DNA of 64,000 bases. Origin: Octopus vulgaris. Lineage: Eukaryota. Shown piece after piece: positions 44,976 to 58,979 of the stretch (positions within the stretch are counted from its first letter, which is position 1; the number at the start of each line of letters is the position of its first letter). Under the pieces are notes generated by a model. The model was given only the letters and a program-made list of their open reading frames with translations, made no database searches and was not told where the DNA came from. The stretch is from positions 96,100,001-96,164,000 of the forward strand of contig OX597817.1 of NCBI GenBank assembly GCA_951406725.2, written 5' to 3'. A program made the translations under genes and the position numbers.

Positions 44976-46626
44976 CTAGCAGTATCGCCCGGCGTTGCTC
45001 GGGTTTGTAAGGGAAATAACTATATAAGCATTTTTAGTGAGTATAGCAAAAAAATAGCAAAAAAATGCATTAAAAATGGAATAAAAACTGATGGTAATTT
45101 TTTTTAAATCGTTGACTCATCGTAGACATTTTTAGAGAGTTACTTCCCTTATATAATAGCGAAAAAATGCATTAAAATGGAAAAAAATTATGGTAATTTT
45201 TTTTTTAAATCGTAGACTCATCGTAGACGCGCGCTAATACCCAGAAGGGCTCGATATGAATCACGACTATAAGATACCCGGTTTTGGTTAAACTGCACCG
45301 CAAAATGTGGGAGTAGTTAGGAATCTAAATCGTAGGAGACACACACACAACTTCACTTTTATATATAAAGATTTGTGCAACAACTAAAACATTCGGTTGT
45401 GCAAATTGTTTGCACAGGAAACCTGCCCTGTATGGCGGTTTTTGCCGTTTTTGTGGATCTGTTTCAGCTTTTTTAGCGATTTCTGTATTGGCGACTTGAA
45501 GCCATGAAGTCGTTGTTCTAAAAGAACGCTGGTCTCCTTGACAACGCTTTACGACGTTGATTTCCCTACCCTGCCTTCCCCACAGCTTCACGAGGGAGGG
45601 AAGAAGGGGAGGAGCTACACAGGTGCAGGTGCGAGCATGAACGCCAACGCCGCCACCAACACACGAAAAAATTGGAAGAACCCAGACGACAGCTTCAGCC
45701 ACCACCACCACCACTACCACCATGACCACCACCACCACTACGCCCATGACCATCACCACCACCATCACGAAGACCACCACCACAAACATGACGAACCACC
45801 ACCACCACAAACACGACGACCACCATCGCCACCACCATCACGAAGACCACCACCACCACCACTACCACCATCATCACCACCACCACCACCACCATCATCA
45901 CCATCCCACTACCACGACGACGACCACCACCAACAACAACAACACCACCACCACCACCACCACAAACACGACGACCACCATCACCACTACCAGCACCACC
46001 GCCACCACCGCTGTCACTACCACCGCCTCCACCACCACCATAATATGCCTCTGCTCTCTCCTTTTGGCTACTAAATCCATTACCATATTTCACAAGTACC
46101 ATCGCCATACAATATTGCCTTCAAAAGTTTGTGTTTGGATAATATTTTTTAAGTAAAAGTTGTGCAACAACTATAACATTCGGTTGTGCAAATTCTTTGC
46201 ACGGGAAACCTTCCCTGTGTGGCGTATTTCCCGATTTTGTAGAATTTGCTTTCGGGCTTTCTTAGCCATTTCTGTTTTGGTGTCTTCAAGCCATGAAGTC
46301 GTTGTTCTAAAAGAACGCTGGTCTCCTTGACAACGTTTTACGACGCTGATTTCCTTACACTCCCTTCCCCACAGCTTAACGAGGGAGGGAAGAAGGGGGA
46401 GAAGTAATTTAAAAAATATGCGTTAAAATGGAAAAAAATGATGTTAAATTATTTTTAAAATCGTAGACTCATCGTAGACGTGCGCTAATACCCAGACGGG
46501 CTCGATATGAATCACGACTATAAGATACCCAAATTTGGTTAAACTGCACCGCAAAATGTGGGAGTAGTTAGGAATCTAAATCGTAGGAGACAGACACTCA
46601 CACAACTTCACTTTTATATATATAGA
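44976..46626 (-). mobile_element. Non-autonomous Helitron (composite, two 5' ends)
   Basis: Minus strand: A|TC starts at 45371 and 46626; 3' hairpin cccgagcaacgccggg then CTAG|T at 44976. Confidence 0.8.
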
Positions 46627-46719
46627 TATATATGCATATCATACTTTCTATCTTAAATAGTTCCTCTTAATTCTTTACGTTCCGTGGAATTTCCATGGGT
46701 CCTGCAAGTATGTGTGTGT

Positions 46720-46764
<45 letters not shown>

Positions 46765-47044
46765 CGTGTGCGTGTGTGCGTGCGTATGCGTGCGTGTGTG
46801 TGCGTGTGTGTGCGTATGTGTGTGTGTGTGTGTGTGCGTGCGTATGTGTGTGTTTGTGCGCATTCTATATATATATATATGTATGTATCTATGGCCAGAT
46901 CGGAGCAATCTCAAGATTAATCAGCCGAAATTGCGAGGATGATCCGGTTCTTGACTGAAGATTGAAGACTTCGAATGTCCCGTCCGTGTTTTTTGTATCG
47001 TCTTCTAAATGTTTTACGTTCTTATCCCAGTTTGTATTTTTTAC

Positions 47045-47087
<43 letters not shown>

Positions 47088-48809
47088 GTAGTATATATAT
47101 ATATTCATTTATTCTTTTACTTGTTTCAGTCATTTGACTGCGGCCATGCAGGAACACCGTTTAAAGGGTTTTTAGTCGAAGGACTGTGAATATGTATGTG
47201 TATAGTCTCGCCCCCCCCCCCCCGAATTCAATACCAAATAAAAGCAAAGAGCAGCCGGATCATTATAAATTTAGTTTAAAGCAATACCTACATCATTAAA
47301 TGGGTTTCCAGAACGATATCCACCATAGCTTTCTCAGAAGGGCTCGATATGAATCACGACTATAAGATACCCGGTTTTGGTTAAACTGCACCGCAAAATG
47401 TGGGAGTAGTTAGGAATCTAAATCGTAGGAGACACACACACAACTTCACTTTTATATATAAAGATTTGTGCAACAACTAAAACATTCGGTTGTGCAAATT
47501 GTTTGCACAGGAAACCTGCCCTGTATGGCGGTTTTTGCCGTTTTTGTGGATCTGTTTCAGCTTTTTTAGCGATTTCTGTATTGGCGACTTGAAGCCATGA
47601 AGTCGTTGTTCTAAAAGAACGCTGGTCTCCTTGACAACGCTTTACGACGTTGATTTCCCTACCCTGCCTTCCCCACAGCTTCACGAGGGAGGGAAGAAGG
47701 GGAGGAGCTACACAGGTGCAGGTGCGAGCATGAACGCCAACGCCGCCACCAACACACGAAAAAATTGGAAGAACCCAGACGACAGCTTCAGCCACCACCA
47801 CCACCACTACCACCATGACCACCACCACCACTACGCCCATGACCATCACCACCACCATCACGAAGACCACCACCACAAACATGACGAACCACCACCACCA
47901 CAAACACGACGACCACCATCGCCACCACCATCACGAAGACCACCACCACCACCACTATCACCATCATCACCACCACCACCACCACCACCACCATCATCAC
48001 CATCCCACTACCACGACGACGACGACCACCACCAACAACAACAACACCACCACCACCACCACCACAAACACGACGACCACCATCACCACTACCAGCACCA
48101 CCGCCACCACCGCTGTCACTACCACCGCCTCCACCACCACCATAATATGCCTCTGCTCTCTCCTTTTGGCTACTAAATCCATTACCATATTTCACAAGTA
48201 CCATCGCCATACAATATTGCCTTCAAAAGTTTGTGTTTGGATAATATTTTTTAAGTAAAAGTTGTGCAACAACTATAACATTCGGTTGTGCAAATTCTTT
48301 GCACGGGAAACCTTCCCTGTGTGGCGTATTTCCCGATTTTGTAGAATTTGCTTTCGGGCTTTCTTAGCCATTTCTGTTTTGGTGTCTTCAAGCCATGAAG
48401 TCGTTGTTCTAAAAGAACGCTGGTCTCCTTGACAACGTTTTACGACGCTGATTTCCTTACACTCCCTTCCCCACAGCTTAACGAGGGAGGGAAGAAGGGG
48501 GAGAAGTAATTTAAAAAATATGCGTTAAAATGGAAAAAAATGATGTTAAATTATTTTTAAAATCGTAGACTCATCGTAGACGTGCGCTAATACCCAGACG
48601 GGCTCGATATGAATCACGACTATAAGATACCCAAATTTGGTTAAACTGCACCGCAAAATGTGGGAGTAGTTAGGAATCTAAATCGTAGGAGACAGACACT
48701 CACACAACTTCACTTTTATATATATAGATATATATGCATATCATACTTTCTATCTTAAATAGTTCCTCTTAATTCTTTACGTTCCGTGGAATTTCCATGG
48801 GTCCTGCAA

Positions 48810-48867
<58 letters not shown>

Positions 48868-49148
48868 ACGTGTGCGTGTGTGCGTGCGTATGCGTGCGTG
48901 TGTGTGCGTGTGTGTGCGTATGTGTGTGTGTGTGTGTGTGCGTGCGTATGTGTGTGTTTGTGCGCATTCTATATATATATATATGTATGTATCTATGGCC
49001 AGATCGGAGCAATCTCAAGATTAATCAGCCGAAATTGCGAGGATGATCCGGTTCTTGACTGAAGATTGAAGACTTCGAATGTCCCGTCCGTGTTTTTTGT
49101 ATCGTCTTCTAAATGTTTTACGTTCTTATCCCAGTTTGTATTTTTTAC

Positions 49149-49191
<43 letters not shown>

Positions 49192-49439
49192 GTAGTATAT
49201 ATATATATTCATTTATTCTTTTACTTGTTTCAGTCATTTGACTGCGGCCATGCAGGAACACCGTTTAAAGGGTTTTTAGTCGAAGGACTGTGAATATGTA
49301 TGTGTATAGTCTCGCTGCCCCCCCCCCGAATTCAATACCAAATAAAAGCAAAGAGCAGCCGGATCATTATAAATTTAGTTTAAAGCAATACCTACATCAT
49401 TAAATGGGTTTCCAGAACGATATCCACCATAGCTTTCTC
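45242..49439. repeat. Tandem duplication of a ~2.1-kb unit
   Basis: 45242-47335 and 47335-49439 differ almost only in microsatellite length. Confidence 0.95.
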
Positions 49440-49689
49440 TTGAGACTGGATCAGGCTGATATCTTTGATTTCCACCTCTAAGGAAAGGATTACCACTTGA
49501 AACGCCAGAATCTTGTTCATACATTCCTGAAAATATATTTCACCATTGGATAGGTAGAGGCTTACTTATATATTGTTTTGACTTAACTCATTATGTGAAA
49601 CAAACGAGTAGAAAGTCATTGAATCTGAACAACGCTGAACCGTACAAAATATTTAATGGTGTTCTCAGTTCGTATATATAGAAGATATA

Positions 49690-49865
49690 CAGCAATCCCT
49701 CGCTAAATCGTGGCTCATCTACTGTGCACTCAGTACATCACGGATTTTCCTTTCTAATGTAAATTTATATCGTGGACTCTTCAGTATATTGTGGGTTTCT
49801 GAGGACGATAGGTATTTTTATTTCTTTAGATTTTAATTATTTCCGCGATAGTCAAGGGATTACTG
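49690..49865. mobile_element. Tigger/pogo-like MITE
   Basis: TA-cagcaatccctcg...caagggattactg-TA. Confidence 0.75.
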
Positions 49866-51099
49866 TAGCACACTTCAGAGAAATGGAAATATTTTTACTA
49901 ATATGCTGCTATCTTTAAGACATAAGAACAAGTTGTTATTTAGAAATACATTGATTGAAATAGTTTGGTAAAATGTAAATAATCATAAAAATGAACAATA
50001 AACAAAAACGCTTCGTATCTAACATTGGTAAGAATCTCAAATCATAAATTCATTTTGACATGAACGTTTGTTCATTTATGTGTTTGCGTGCGTGCGGGTG
50101 GATGGGTGTTTGTGTGTTTATATATCTTTTTTTCTACTCTAGGCACAAGGCCCAAAATTTGGGGGGAGGCGGCAAGTCGATTAGATCGACCACAGTACAC
50201 AACTGGTACTTAATTTATAGACGCCGAAAGGATGAGAGGCAAAGTCAACCTCTGTGTATTTATATGCCACCGAAGAACTAAGCAGATAGTGAAACCTGTA
50301 GGATATTTTCTCAAAATAATATAATCTACTTACAAAGTTTGATTCGGTTCTTTTTTGTAATGTGGCTACTTTAATTACACTGTTTGACTTACTTAATATG
50401 TATATGTATAACATATCATTAAAATCCATTAAGAATTTTCAACCAACGATATATATACTCCAAAACGTTTCTGTAATGCATGTTTTAATTTGCTGTATCG
50501 ATAATATATCCTTAATTCTCCTCTTATGCCTAAAGAATTATAATTACACTTTTATTACTCGTTATTACTACAATAACATGTACGTTTTGTATGTACTTAT
50601 GTAAATGTGGATGTATGTATGTGTTTATGTATATATGGGGGAAGTTAGGACAAGTGATGGAAAATTGTATAAAATTCAAACGACAAACAACGGAAAACAA
50701 ACAGATGTAGACACAGCAACTTCGTTGTATTGATCAATCTAGTGATCACTCAAAATACTCTCTTTATCTTTCCCTCCCTCTCACTGTCCATTATTAACTT
50801 TCTACGAACACACACTTATTCAGATCCCATGGTGCAGGGAATTCCACCAGGGAAAAGCTTCTGGTAAGAAAATTCAGATAATAGATGAAAAAGAAGAGAA
50901 AACAAAACAACCAAACTTCAGACAGTGTTTTGTAATGATGAACGTGGTGCTGGCTTATATATGATTAAAACTGATTGTAGATTATAAATCTTAAAATTGT
51001 AAATTGCAATTCTGAGTATTCTATTTTACTCCGATCTTACCCATTTCAGCGAGATACCTGGATAATGACTTTTACAGATGATTTTACTTTCATTAAGTA

Positions 51100-51980
51100 A
51101 CTAATTTTCTTTAACTAAACACTTTGAAACTTCGTATACTGGTAGACCATGTCATATGGAACATCTTTTACTCCTAGCACTGTTGAGAAAAGTTTCTATT
51201 TACGAAGTTATTTCGTGTTAAAGTTGTATTTCGGTAATTTCAACCAATCAATGACGTGTATTCAGCTGCAGAAAATTACTCCTGTTGTTTATCAACAACA
51301 ACTATTGGTCGTGTATATTTCATTTGTCACTGTTACTTATGACATCGTTCGTGCGTTTATACTGGTCTTAGCTTTAGGGTTTTAGGGTTATGGTTAGGAT
51401 TTTATGGTTAGGGTTAGGGTTAGCGTTTTAGGTTAGGGTTACGGAAAAAAGTGAAAAATGAAGAAATTGGAGTGGGGAAAGGGGGCCAAAAAATTTTAAA
51501 ATTCCGAATTTTGGCAATTTTCCGGAATCTGGGTTTTTGGCAAAAAAATTTAAAAAACAAAAATTTGCGAGAAAATTGGGGGGGGGGGGGGGCGAGAGGA
51601 AGTCTTTCCGAAAATAGTACCTAAGAAGCAATAGAAATGCACGAACGATTATGGTGGTGTCATGAAATAAACGTGCTTCAGACACACTCGTTTATTCATA
51701 CGAACGTAACTGAAATGAAATATGTCATAAATAACAGTGACAAACGAAATATACACCGCCGGAAGTTGTTGTTGACAAACAACAGCAGTAATTTTATTCA
51801 GCTGAATACACGTCATTGATTGGTTGAAATTACCGAAATACGACAACTTTAACACGAAATAACTTCGTAAATAGAAACTTTTCTCAGCAAATCTAAGAGT
51901 AAAAGATGACACAGTATCCGAAGTTTCAAAGTATTTAGTTAAAGAAAATTAATCGAGCTGCCTATGAAAAGGAAAAGATC
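51100..51980. mobile_element. Relative of the 38645 MITE with internal TTAGGG-like repeats
   Basis: Inverted arms 51100-51355 / ~51700-51952 are homologous to the 38645-39339 arms; degenerate ttaggg units at 51370-51441. Confidence 0.75.
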
Positions 51981-53931
51981 AAAAATAAGTAGTACCTGTA
52001 TTTCAAAGTATCAGCCTTGTCACATTCTGTGTCACGCTGAATCTCACTGATAATTACGTAAAGGGTACACGTTTCTGTGAAGTGCTGAGTCACTTACACG
52101 TTAATTTCACGTTCATCGGATCAAGTGAAACCCTTGTCGTCGTAGCCGATGGAGTACCAGTTTACTTGCTATTTTTATATTTGAGTGTCTTGTGAAAGTG
52201 AAGAGCGTGCACACATCCATGGTATTTCCATGTCGCTTCTTGATCACGATTTTTCTTTTCTTTCCACACGCCTCTATTATTGTCATGCGTTTGAATTTCT
52301 CAATTATGGTGTTTGCTACATTATTTAATGGCTGTTTTAGTTAATTATGCATTTATTCATGTTAGTAATAGAAGCAAGTGAAGAAATGAAAAAATATCGG
52401 TTTAATATTTGTTGCTGGTAGAATCGTTAGCACGCCGGGCAAAATGCTTAGCGGCATTTCGTTCGTCTTTATGTTCTGGGTTCGAATGCCACTGAAGTCG
52501 ACTTTAACTTTCATCTCTTCGATAAAATAAGTACCAGTTGATCACTGGAGTCATTTTAATCACCCGAAATTGCTGGCCTTGTGCCAAAATCCGAAACCAA
52601 TATTAGTTAAACATAAGTAATGATCCGATTAAAGTTATATGTTTTTGGTATTCTAGGCCAAACCAGAAAACACCATGTGAATTAACAATTTTTCTTTAAT
52701 CAGAACAATTGCTGTTGGCCAATTTAACACATAAATACTAATGACTTGCTGATAGGTGGTATTTCGATATGCAATCATAATAAACTACTAGCGAGACTCG
52801 TGAATATTTCACAGAATTAATGGTAAACCTATTGTGTTATTTATGAAGACTTTATCCAAAAAACCACAAAGTGTAGCCTGCGTTGTGTCTGTATGGAAAT
52901 ATAGTCGCTCATCTGCTATTCATTGAAAAGTGAAAGAAATTGGAATACCATGATTACTTAATGCACTTTATATATACACTTTATATATTTTATGCACAAT
53001 TTTATAGTCTTAATACACAGCACTCATAAAATAAATATTCACTCTTATTTTTCCATTTTCCCCAAAAATATTCCGTACATATCATACAACCTTTATTTAA
53101 ATTGCGTATATCTGCCACATAAATAAGCGTGAATATTTAACAGAATTGCACTTATGCGCATGCGTTAAGTGATAGATGATATAAAAAAACTTGGTTCAAT
53201 TTTTTTTAAATGCACTTTTACTATCCAGTTACCAATACCACCACTACCATCATTTCTCACTCTCCCTCCTCTCTCTCTCTCTTCTCCCTCTCTCTGTGCA
53301 TTTCTTTAACCTCACCATCAGAAACATCACCCCTCTGCTGAAATTATATTTTTAACTCGCCTCATCTATCTTCAACTAACTTTTTTAACTACGTAGTAAA
53401 TATTACGTTCCCCCTACCTCAAGTCATGGATGCTTCTCTCTACTTCTTTTTTCTTTCTCCCTCTTCCTGTCTCACTTTTCGCCTTATCCTCTTTTTCTCT
53501 CTCCTTTTTCTTTCTGCTCCCTTACCTTTCGACTAATCACGTAAAATCGTTACAATTACATTCTCTCTACCTCACGCCATAGATGCTTCTCTCTCTCCCT
53601 CTTTTCTCCCTCCTTCTTTTTCTCCCTCCCTCTTTTTCTCTTTCCTCCTTTTCTTTCTCCCTTTTTATCTCTAATCACGTGAATGCGTTACCGACAGGCT
53701 AAGTAACGCAATGACAAGCAGAATAATTATAAGGTTAAGTATATTAAACATTTTTATAAGTCAATATCGCGTTCTACTGCGTTAGCAATGCGCTTTTACA
53801 TTACTTGTTAAGATTATCTCTACAAATATTCTATAGGAATTATAGCCAGTACTGATTTTTGCTGCGACGTATCGTAAACGAGACGTCAGATGTAAACAAA
53901 CAATGAGATCGAAGATGAGAAAAGAATAATG

Positions 53932-53977
53932 GGTGTATATGCCATATTTCAGTGGGTTTTGCACCTTCTTCAGCACC
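53932..53977 (-). ncRNA. Type I hammerhead ribozyme motif, second family
   Basis: Minus strand reads ggtg CTGAAGA a-ggtg-caaaacc-cact GAAA tat-ggc-ata TA cacc; all three stems can pair. Confidence 0.7.
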
Positions 53978-55253
53978 AATCCAACCCCTTATTGATCCTC
54001 GAACTCATTCTTTGAGTTGCCAGTGTATGCGGCGGTGTTTGGTTACTAGATATACCAATTTACATATTAAATGCATTTCTGAGAGCTGGAACGTAAATAC
54101 TAATGACTTGTAGGTACTTCGGTATTTCATTATGCAACCATAATATATTATAAAGTATGTCAAACGTTTTTATAAGTCAATACCACGTTCTAATGCGTTA
54201 GCTGTACGCTTTTACATTACTTGTTAAATTTATCTCTCCAGTGCTGGCTATAATTTCTATAGAATATCTGTAGAGATGACCTTAACAAGTAATTAAAATA
54301 TAAAGTTTAGGATCACAAAAAAATTTTGGAAGATGTAAAATAGAAACAGAATGCTAGATATATAGCTCACCAAGCAGAGCTTCAGAAAATAGTTGATCGA
54401 ATCGTTGTAAAAACTAGAATTATAAAAAAGATTTTGTTGTGATTTTGTTTTCACTCACCATTTAATCAATTCTCTTTTTGTGGTTTTGGAAAACTTACCT
54501 GGCGATTTAGGTCTCGGAGTCAAAAACTGAGGATTTTCTGTAGCGCCGTAAAAGCCAGACTGAGTAGTACCTACAAAACAAATTTTAGTTTGTGTTTTTA
54601 GTTAAAGTTTTTCACATCTTTTCATTAAAATTGAATGAAGACATTATAACGTTCGGGGCAATTTTCTTTGTATTTGGTCGATTAGAGACTAATTGGAACT
54701 ACCACGAGAAATGACGAATTAGCTGTTCAGGATACTTAAATATTTCAAATTATACATCACAAATGAATATTATTTTAAGACTCCATCTGAATGAAAAACA
54801 ATAGTTAATCTAGTGCTAATATACTGAATGGTGTGGGCATCAAAAAGATTAATTCAAAATAATTGTGAGGTGAAAAATAGACAATATTTTCTCAATGGCA
54901 AATATTCTAATCATATTGCCAAGTACGAAAGGGACAACTCTGGAGTTGTTTGTGTCTTCTCTGAGAAGACACATGAACATGGAGAAGAGGATCTCACTTT
55001 CACAACCATTTTATCAAGCTCAAGTTTCTATTGTTTAGGTCCCCGATTGATACGGTGACCTAGTAAACGCTAAGATATAACCCACTCCTAACAAGAACAT
55101 CATTTATACACAGTTAACATCCGGATGTCACCAAGGTCAACTCTAATTTTCATCCTTTCGGGGTCGATAAAATAAGTATTACCTGAGGACTGGGGCCGAT
55201 GTAATCGACAAGCATCCTCCACCAAAATTTCAGGCCTTGTGTCTTCAGCAGAA

Positions 55254-55316
<63 letters not shown>

Positions 55317-55317
<1 letters not shown>

Positions 55318-58300
55318 CTTCTTTCTTCAAATTTTCTTCCGTTTCTCGCCGAGTGTTTTCCGTACACCTAGGGCAGAGAAGCTCATTGTATGCATTCCCA
55401 GATTACACACGCAAATTCACAGGTAAAATATGTATTTAGAAAATTAATAAATAAATAAATTCATGAATGGATGTTGTTTTCACAGCGATAATGCTCTTAG
55501 TACATGAGCCGTTCCAGTTAACACGATTTTTTGAACATCCTGTAACACGATTTTTTGAACATCCTGTATCATTTTCAAATAGGTTTCAGTACCTTTTTTT
55601 TTTCATCATTTCTAGAGATCCTACAATCACTGGTACTGTAGTCGCCTTCAGATGCCACATTTTTTCAATTTCTATTAGCAAGTCTTTATACTTACTGATC
55701 TTGTCAAATTCTTTCGCCGCTATATTGTGACCGCAAGGAATACTCATGTCAATTAATAAACACATCCTTTTTGTCTGATCCTTTATAATAATATCCGGTT
55801 TATTAGCTTTTATAGTTCTGTCGGTATGTACGAAGTCCCATAGAATCGACACATTTTCTCCCTCAGTCACAGCTTCAGGATGGTGTTTATACCATTTGTC
55901 AGCGGTTTTGATTTTATAATGCCGACATATTGTCCAGTGTAAATACTGGCCGACTCTGTCATGTCTTGCTTTATATTCTACAGGTGCTAAGACTCTACAC
56001 CCTGAGATTAGGTGGTCTGTAGTTTCAATCTCATCGTTACAGAATCGGCATTTTGGGTCAGCTCCATTTTTTACCACATTGGCTTGGTAGTTCCGGGTTA
56101 ATAAGCATTGGTCTTGATTTTGGCCCTGAGCTTCGTAACCATTGGTGCGTGTGTTTCTGGTCGACATCAGCTTGTTTGCTACGGACCACATACTTGCCAT
56201 ACAGAGGTTTCTGTTCCCATCTGCTAGCTAATTTTTCATGCGCTTTTGTCTTTGCAATCAATTTTATTTTCTTTGCAGCAGCAGTTGGCGCATTTCCTTC
56301 AGCCTGATCAATCTGGTAGGTATCTAAGAGATCAGTAACGAATCTTTTGCTCTCTTTCAGAATAGAGTGAAGTTTTTTCGGTCTTTCATGTTTTTCAACA
56401 AGTTTTAACATCCAATCGTTGGTTGCTTCAAGGTATTTGGCCAGTTCGATTGTAATGGTTTTGTACGTAGGTTCAAGCTGGATCAAACCTCGTCCTCCCT
56501 GAGCTCTGGGAAGGTAAAGACGATCCACGTCTGCCTTTTGATGGTGCAAGTCAGTAGCTTGCGGATTTTTCTGTCAATTTTCGCTATTTCACTGGTATTC
56601 TAGTTAAGCACATTGAAGCTATAAAGAACAACTGGGACTGCTAAAGAATTTATGGCTAACATCTTATTATATGCATTCAGTTCAGACTTCAGGACTGCTC
56701 GAACTCTTCTATAACATTCCTTCCTAACCTTCTCTTTCATGCTTGCATGCTGGATACCAGAGCCTTCATTTATTCCTAGATATTTAGGTTTGTTCCTGCT
56801 CAAGTTCTTTTATTACTGTTTCGACATCTAATTCGATTGAACTTGACTTTACGAATTTCCCTTTCTTAAAAGTGGCTTTGGCACACTTTTCAAGGCCAAA
56901 CTCCATCCCGATATCATCACTGAATCTGTTCACAGTATGTAAGAGTCCTTCAAGTTCTTCATCATCTTTGCCATATAGTTTTAAGTCATCCATATGAAAT
57001 AGATGGCTTATTTTCCTGTTGTTAATTTTGTAGCCATACCCTGTTCTATTCAATTCACTTGAGGGTGGTATTAGTGCCATGCAGAAAATTACTGGTGAAA
57101 GTGAGCCACCTTGGAAAATGCCACAATTTATGCTAATATTGTTTGAGCGCAATACTCCATTAGAATGATATAATTGGAGCTTCGTGTTCCATAGTGAACA
57201 TATTATACTTTAAAAATCTGAAATCACAGGAGAAATTTTGAAAATATCCAGCGATTTCAGAATCCACGAATGTGGTATTCTGTAAAAGGCTTTTTTTGTA
57301 ATCAATTCATGAAGAGCTGAGATTTCTGCGCTTGTTATGGCAGTTCTCAAGGATCATGCGATTAATTAGGAGCTGATCTTTGCATCCGTATGAGCCTCGT
57401 CTGCATCCCTATTGTTCAGTGGGAAAGAGGTTATTCTCTTCCATAAACGTTTATGTTTTCTCTACTAGAATAGGTGTCAAAATCTTATAGGTAGTAGATA
57501 AACATGTTATAGACCGGTAGTTCTTGGGTCTTTCGTTTCGTTATTTTGGGGGAGGGGGTAAGTATTACCACTTACCATCCAATGGGGAGTTTTTTCAGGG
57601 TCTTTCATAATACTATTAAATAGTATTACTAATATTTTGTGTGCGATGAGAGTGATGAGAGCCAGAAATGTGGTACTCTGTCAATACCAGGGGATTTCCA
57701 CTTATGAGCCTTCGTTAGTGCCCTCCTTAGGTCGGCGATTGAGATATCTTCCCACATCTGTTCTTGTAGTTTTTGTAGGCATCTTGGGTGCGTTTGATCC
57801 AGTCTGCATTTTCATTGTATGGTTTCTCATCACTCCAGATCTCTTTCCCAAAGTTTTCAACTTCTTTCATTAGGGGTGGATTTTCAATGGTTATATTTTC
57901 TTTCCCTATTTCCCCGTAAACTGATTTGGCATTGGATTTGAACATCTTATTTTGTTTGTAGCATTTGATTCTTTTTGGTACTGTTGGCTTTTCGGGCGTT
58001 AAACAGCGTCTTTCGATTACCTTAGCAACAGGGTAAATAATTTCATTTAACTTATTAAGATCGGGTTTTAGCTGTTGTATGATTTCTTGTGTAACGTAGT
58101 TGCCAATTTTTATTTGTGTTTTATGTTGGTGTGCATTTGAGAGTTTATGGAGTGGTTCCTTATCATGCATATTTGTATGCCCTACCACTGCAAGCTCATT
58201 CAGAACTTCCTACTTCATTTCAATGATAGATTTTCTGTGTTGTTCAGCAAATATGTGGTCTTCAAATTCTCTTTCGACATCATTTTCCTGGCTGTTTTTT

Positions 58301-58822
58301 CTAGGGTCATCATATTTTCCTTTTTCTCCAGGCTCTTGAGTGGTTTCGGCAGATGGTCGCCTTTCAGTCAATGCTTGTGATCCAACATTCCTCCCCTCTG
58401 CTTCGTTATTTCTTTCCTGACTTATATTTAGGTCATTCTCTACCACTTTTTTAATAGAGGTTAATTCTGCATCTGTAAGTCTGGTATTTCTGAAGATATC
58501 TCTTCTAACATTTGCTAATCTGTTCTCATTCAGGTTTGGTCTGCTAGCTGGATTCCGGCTCCTCCAAATTCTGTAGGAGTTTGCGGTGTGTTTCTCTTGG
58601 GTTGGCCTACTTAATGCAAAGTAATAAGCATATATTACTTCTTTATATTCTTCCCGGTTCCATTTAGTCCATTTACATTTTTGATTATCTGGTCGTTGTG
58701 GTGGTGTACTTTGGGGGCTTAATTTGGGACAAATCCCGTTTAAGTGACCTTCCAGGTTCGTATTCGGGGAAGATATTCTGCCATTTGAAAATTTTTCGCC
58801 ATCAGGCTGACAGCTTCCTCAC
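55317..58822 (-). mobile_element. Near full-length R4/Dong LINE, family A (disrupted ORF)
   Basis: N-terminal KWNREEYKEVIYAYY motif, RT, CCHC and RLE (NKPDIIIKD..LIDMSIP..K..KYKDL); (ATT)n on both sides. Confidence 0.93.
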
Positions 58823-58891
<69 letters not shown>

Positions 58892-58931
58892 CATCATCAT
58901 CATTATTATTATTAATTATTATTATTATTAC

Positions 58932-58975
<44 letters not shown>

Positions 58976-58979
58976 TTTA

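Noticed and set aside
45538-46074. His/Pro-rich 178-aa ORF (and its copy at 47631-48176)
   Set aside because: It starts at TTG inside a Helitron, and the CAC-type repeat stays open in several frames on both strands. There is no splice or signal-peptide support.
46950-46985. Hammerhead at ctgaaga...cttcgaatgtc
   Set aside because: Lacks GAAA and convincing stems I and III.
51370-51441. True telomere or chromosome fusion site
   Set aside because: Short, degenerate and enclosed by MITE arms.
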